A DNA stretch of 64,000 bases from Ostrea edulis. Taxonomy: Eukaryota. The notes beneath the pieces are model-generated. The model was not told the origin of the DNA, made no database searches, and saw only the letters and a program-made list of their open reading frames with translations. Both the position numbers and the translations under genes were made by a program. Below, one piece after another: positions 59,262 through 64,000 of the stretch (the first letter of the stretch is position 1; the number at the start of each line of letters is the position of its first letter). The DNA lies in NCBI RefSeq assembly GCF_947568905.1, contig NC_079168.1, positions 12,462,001 to 12,526,000 on the forward strand. The letters are read 5' to 3'.

Positions 59262-59671
59262 TGCAATCTAATTAAAATCAGATCTTCTCTAACCATTACA
59301 CTGGAGTCTCCAAATCAGATCTTCTCTAACCGTTACACTGTAGTCTCCAAATCGGATCTTCTCTAACCGTTACACTCGAGTCTCCAAATCGGATCTTCTC
59401 TAACCGTTACACTGGAGTCTCCAAATCGGATCTTCTCTAACCGTTACACTCGAGTCTCCAAATCGAATCTTCTCTAACCGTTACACTCGAGTCTCCAAAT
59501 CGGATCTTCTCTAACCGTTACACTCGAGTCTCCAAATCGGATCTTCTCTAACCGTTACACTCGAGTCTCCAAATCGGATCTTCTCTAACTGTTACACTCG
59601 AGTCTCCAAATCAGATCCACTGGAGTTTCCAGTGTAATGGTTAGAGAAGATCTGGTTTTAATTAGATTGCA
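59262..59671. repeat. Foldback element whose left arm is amplified as a 37-bp tandem array (9 copies)
   Basis: ~43-bp terminal inverted repeat TGCAATCTAATTAAAATCAGATCTTCTCTAACCATTACACTGG. Unit AAATCGGATCTTCTCTAACCGTTACACTCGAGTCTCC at 37-nt period. Confidence 0.9.
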
Positions 59672-60564
59672 GGTCACGCGACTTTGGCGGGAATCTGGTG
59701 TCAGAGGAGTGATACAATAATCTGTGCATGTTACTTTTAAAGTGAATTTCTCTTCCCTTATGCAGGTTGTTTGTCTATATTTTTGTATTTGAGTCCAAGT
59801 GCTTTGAAATATTGATAGCCAAAATGCTCCATCGTTTTAGTAGTGGCACACAATGAGTTAATTCACAGGATGACCTGTATAATTTGCAGTTGTGCTGATG
59901 TGAAATCGAGTAGCTAAGACTTGTTCACTATGAAACTATTGTCGTATGATTAGATGGGATGGATGATATCTTATGCTCGTCGAAGTTCTCATCATAATTG
60001 GCCATTTAACTTGGAATGAGAAGTATTATCATCATTAGAAAAATGGAATATTTATTTGGATTCTTTTTTAATGTTGGCAGTGGCTCTTTTTGTTGATGAA
60101 ATCTAATTTGATATATGTTATATATTTGTATCATGTGTTCTATCAATACTGTTACAGTATATGATATTTTCAACAGGGAAATTCACTTTGATACCATGGT
60201 ATTTCATGCATGTGTATAAATGTTTAGAAATTTACCCGTTCTCTATTCAGTATAATTATAGAGGTCAGTAATAAGAAGCTTTCCTTGGTACCTGTATATT
60301 GTTTTATGTGTTTTGGTATGTATTTATACTTGTTACAGATATATCTTTGTTCTACCAACAGAAGCTGTGTGGAGGAATGGTCGTCTGATAGATACTTGTA
60401 TTTAGTGTAGATTGTATTGGGAAATAAATATGAGAAATATACATGCTTGTTGATTCTCCATTTTTAGCTCATCCAATCAAAATTTATCCAGTGTTTGTCT
60501 ATTGTCTTTGTTATGGATATTGTTAACTTCTTAGAAACCATGGGATCAATTTAAATTTGTGCAT

Positions 60565-60670
60565 GTACTGGTCAGTTAAATAGACTTTTGTACTGGTCAG
60601 TTAAATAGACTTTTGTACTGATCAGTTAAATAGACTTTTGTACTGGTCAGTTAAATAGACTTTTGTACTG
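60565..60670. repeat. 25-bp tandem repeat, 4 copies
   Basis: Unit TGTACTGGTCAGTTAAATAGACTTT. Confidence 0.85.
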
Positions 60671-61399
60671 GCTACTGCTAGGGGTGAATGTATAATGGGC
60701 TGGTATCTTGTCAAGATGGAGTGAATGAATTTAACTCATTACAACGGAAATATGACCTTGTTTTTGTGACTGATGAAGAATTAAACTTGAATGAAATATC
60801 AACAAAAGACCCATGGGTCACATTGCTCACCTGAGTCCCTTGGCTGTTCAGTTAAAAAAACCAATAACAAATCAATCTTTATTCCCACAAAATTCTTTAA
60901 CCCAATATTGTAGAGTCACGACGTAACCAAAGTTGAATTCACACAACATGGGGATGCCTCAATACCAATATATGACTAACATTACATTAATATTCTGGAG
61001 GTTAAGGTCACAGAATTTGATTTGAAATGAAAGGTCTTGCCATAAGAATTAAATTCTATATACACAAGAAATGTTTGTAAAACATGTATGCCCCCTGTGG
61101 TGCAAAATTGAAAAGGTTATGTGCATCATTTACTTGATTGTAGTGCCAAAACAATTCAAGATACTGAGTGAACAATTTTGCTATGTCCAGAAAGAATTGA
61201 CCATTGGCCTTTGACCACAGGACCTAAAAATCAATAGGGGTCATCTACTCCTAAGGATGTACAAGTTTGGTGTCAAGCAAATGATCCTTAAAATATAAGG
61301 AATGCATAAATATGAAAGCCCCATCACTTGCCATTCTAAAGTTATGGGCAAAATTAAATATATACGTACAGGACAAAACCAATATGCATTCTAAATATA

Positions 61400-62450
61400 G
61401 TCAAGGGGGCATACAAAACCTTGAATCCACAAAACTTGGGAACATTTGCATATGATTTAGTGTGGCCCTGCTCTTCTTGAAAGAACTTGTTTTAAATAAA
61501 TTTCCTGTATATTCCCATATAAAACCTTCAGTTTTTGTTGTGGCCCAACCTATCCCTAAATTGAACAAACTTGAATTTGAACACCTGTAGCTATTGGCAA
61601 ATGAATATGACTATCATGACCCTGCTGTTATTCAGATGAAGATTATTAAAGATGTTTCCCTAAAAAACTCATGTAAAACTTTGATCCCTTATTGTGGCCC
61701 TCAGGGGTAATGATTTGATTAAGCTAGAATCCGCACTACCTGGAAATGCTTGTATATTAATATGACTACCGAGTAATCATAGCCCTGCTAGCTGTTTTTG
61801 AGAAGATTTTTTCCAAATAATATATTCCCATGTAAAACTTTTATCCCCTTTTATGGCTCCACCCTACTTCTAGGGGCCACAATTTGAACAAACTTGAATG
61901 CACTACCTGGGGATGCTTGCATACTAATATGACTAATTATGGCCCTTTTGTTATCGAGCATAATATTTAAAAAAACATTTTCCCTATATATCCACATGTA
62001 AACATTTGATCCCCTTGTGGCTGCACCCTATGATTCAAACAAACTTTAATATACTTATGTCAGGAAGCTTTCATGAACTTTTCTAACCAAGATTTTATCT
62101 TTTCTAACAGTGGTTCTTGTGAAAATGTTTAAAAGACCCCATCCCAGTTTTGCCTTTTCTTAATTATCTCCCCTTTGGAGAGAGCATGACCCTTCTACAC
62201 AAACTTGAATCCCCTTTATCCAAGAATTATTTGTGCTAAGTTTGACTGAAATTTGCCCAGTGGTTCTTCAGAGGAAGGTTTTTAAAAGATGCCACCAAAT
62301 TTTCACTTTTATCTTAATTATCTTCCCGTAAAAAGGGGTGTGCCTCTTCATATGAAGAAACTTGAATACTCTTTATGCAAGCATGCTTTGTGGCAAGTTT
62401 GGTTGAAATTAGCCTAGTGGCTCTTAAGGAGAAGTAAGAAATGTGATGGA
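61400..62450 (-). repeat. Diverged Cg170/HindIII-like satellite monomers within a Helentron remnant
   Basis: Recurring AAAACTTTGATCCC..TTGTGGCCC and AACAAACTTGAAT motifs shared with 24870-27468. Confidence 0.6.
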
Positions 62451-62799
62451 TGCTGGACTAATTCCTTGTGCTAAATCAACACATCATTTTGTGAACAATT
62501 TCCATTAAAATTCAAACGATTGCCTCATATATCTTAAAATCAATACCCAAACTAGTGGGTATTGTTTTTCACAAAAAACCCCAGATGTCTCCCCATCAAA
62601 GTTTGATTGTCTAATAACCGGGGCAACAATAATGAGTGCAAGCGTAAGAAGCAATAACAACGGCTTGCATCAATATTACACCCAAGAATGGTGTATTGAT
62701 GTTAAAGGGTTAACAAGTTACTTGAGAAATGAACACATTTTTTAATCATTTCTTGGTCATAAAAGAGCCCGATGAAAGTTTTTTCCTGCAATGCATTTA

Positions 62800-63885
62800 A
62801 CCATGATCTCATCTCATCTTAATGTCTGCTTTCCAAGGAATGGGTCAAGGTAAAAAAAATTTGGTACAGTACATCTCGTCTTAAATTTGCCTTCCATGTT
62901 GTAAGTTTGAAAACCTAAAGGGTTCTCAGGTTATGGTCTGGACTATACTTTGATGTAAAAGAGTGACCTTGACAATGTAAGTAGGTCAAGGTCAAAAATG
63001 TTGGTGATGTGCACCCCTCTTCCATATAACCTCTCCATATTCCAAGTTTAAAGTTTTAATGTCAAACGGTTGTCAAGTCAGCTTTTGGTCTGGACTATAT
63101 ATTGACATATAAAATTGACCTTGACTTTATAAATGGGTCAAGGTCAAAAATTTTGGTGGAATTCCCCCTTTCCTCACTCCCCCTTCTCATATTCTAAATT
63201 TGAAGTCTTAATGTCAAAGCGTTCTAAAGTTATGGTAAATTCATGTTTTTCTTAATTTGACCTTGAATGAAGAAAGGGGTCAAGGTCAAACATTTTGGTG
63301 CACTCTTCCATATCATCTCTCCATATTCCAAGTTTGAAGTTTTAATGTCAAACGGTTGTCAAGTCAGCTTTTGGTCTGGACTATATTTTGACATAAAAAA
63401 TTGACCTTGACTTTATAAATGAGTCAAGGTCAAAATTTTTGGTGGAATTCCCACTTTCCTCATTCCCCCTTCTCATATTCTAAGTTTGAAGTCTTAATGT
63501 CAAAGGGTTCTAAAGTTATGGTCTATTCATGTTTTTCTTAATTTGACCTTGAATGAAGAAAGGGGTCAAGGTAAAAAATTTTGGTGCAGTGCACCCTGTA
63601 TCTATGTCCTCTTGCCACGTTCCAAGTTTGAAATCGTAATGTCAAAGGGTTCTCAGCTATTGGCCTGGACTATATGTTGACTTAAAAGATTGACCTTGAC
63701 TTTATGAGTGGGCCAAGGTCAAAAGTTTTGGGGGGCGGGCACTCCTTCTCCATACCATCACCTTATGTTCCAAGTTTGAAGTCTTAAAGTCAAAGGGTTC
63801 TCTAGTTAGGGTCTGGACAAAATTTGGTTGAAGAAGAATAAGAAAAATGACAAAAACAATATGTCTCCCCTTTGGAGGGGAAACA
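62800..63885. repeat. Helentron-like element with ~150/300-bp TTGACCTTGA/TCAAGGTCAA core repeats
   Basis: 63003-63300 is nearly duplicated at 63301-63600. Terminal AACAATATGTCTCCCC..GGGGAAACAT palindrome near 63857-63885, same family as ~56710-57110. Confidence 0.6.
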
Positions 63886-64000
63886 TCATTAGAATTGTCT
63901 AGGTGTTGCAGCAAGTCTAGGCTGCTTTGGCATAATTTGAACAAGTGTATTTTAAAAGGTAAAAAATATAAATCAGAAGAAATATACATTGATATGGAAA

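Overview
This is AT-rich, intron-rich animal DNA, most likely from an oyster (Ostreidae). The evidence is the HindIII/Cg170-like ~166-bp satellite, Helentron-type elements and bivalve-type SINEs. I reconstructed three complete spliced genes by hand, with GT-AG junctions and consistent phases. (1) Adenylosuccinate synthetase: minus strand, 13 exons, 443 aa, 7675-31675. (2) An uncharacterised 10-TM CRT-like (chloroquine-resistance-transporter family) gene: minus strand, 6 exons, 445 aa, 35975-43945, with lysosomal sorting motifs in its tail. (3) Mitochondrial-type acetyl-CoA synthetase (ACSS1-like): plus strand, 13 exons, 685 aa, 44272-57944. The CRT-like and ACSS1 genes are head-to-head, 326 bp apart, with a perfect CLEAR palindrome between them. 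The most striking unexplained pattern is 'splice-junction echoes'. At five exon boundaries in all three genes, the junction itself (splice site plus 10-20 nt of exon) is tandemly copied into the intron. Nearly all copies would lead to a stop codon, but two give in-frame variants. In addition, a ~27-copy array of strong donor sites starts right after the CRT-like poly(A) signal. The rest is nested MITEs, Helentrons, SINEs, hairpins and minisatellites. There is no CRISPR array, rRNA gene or convincing tRNA gene.
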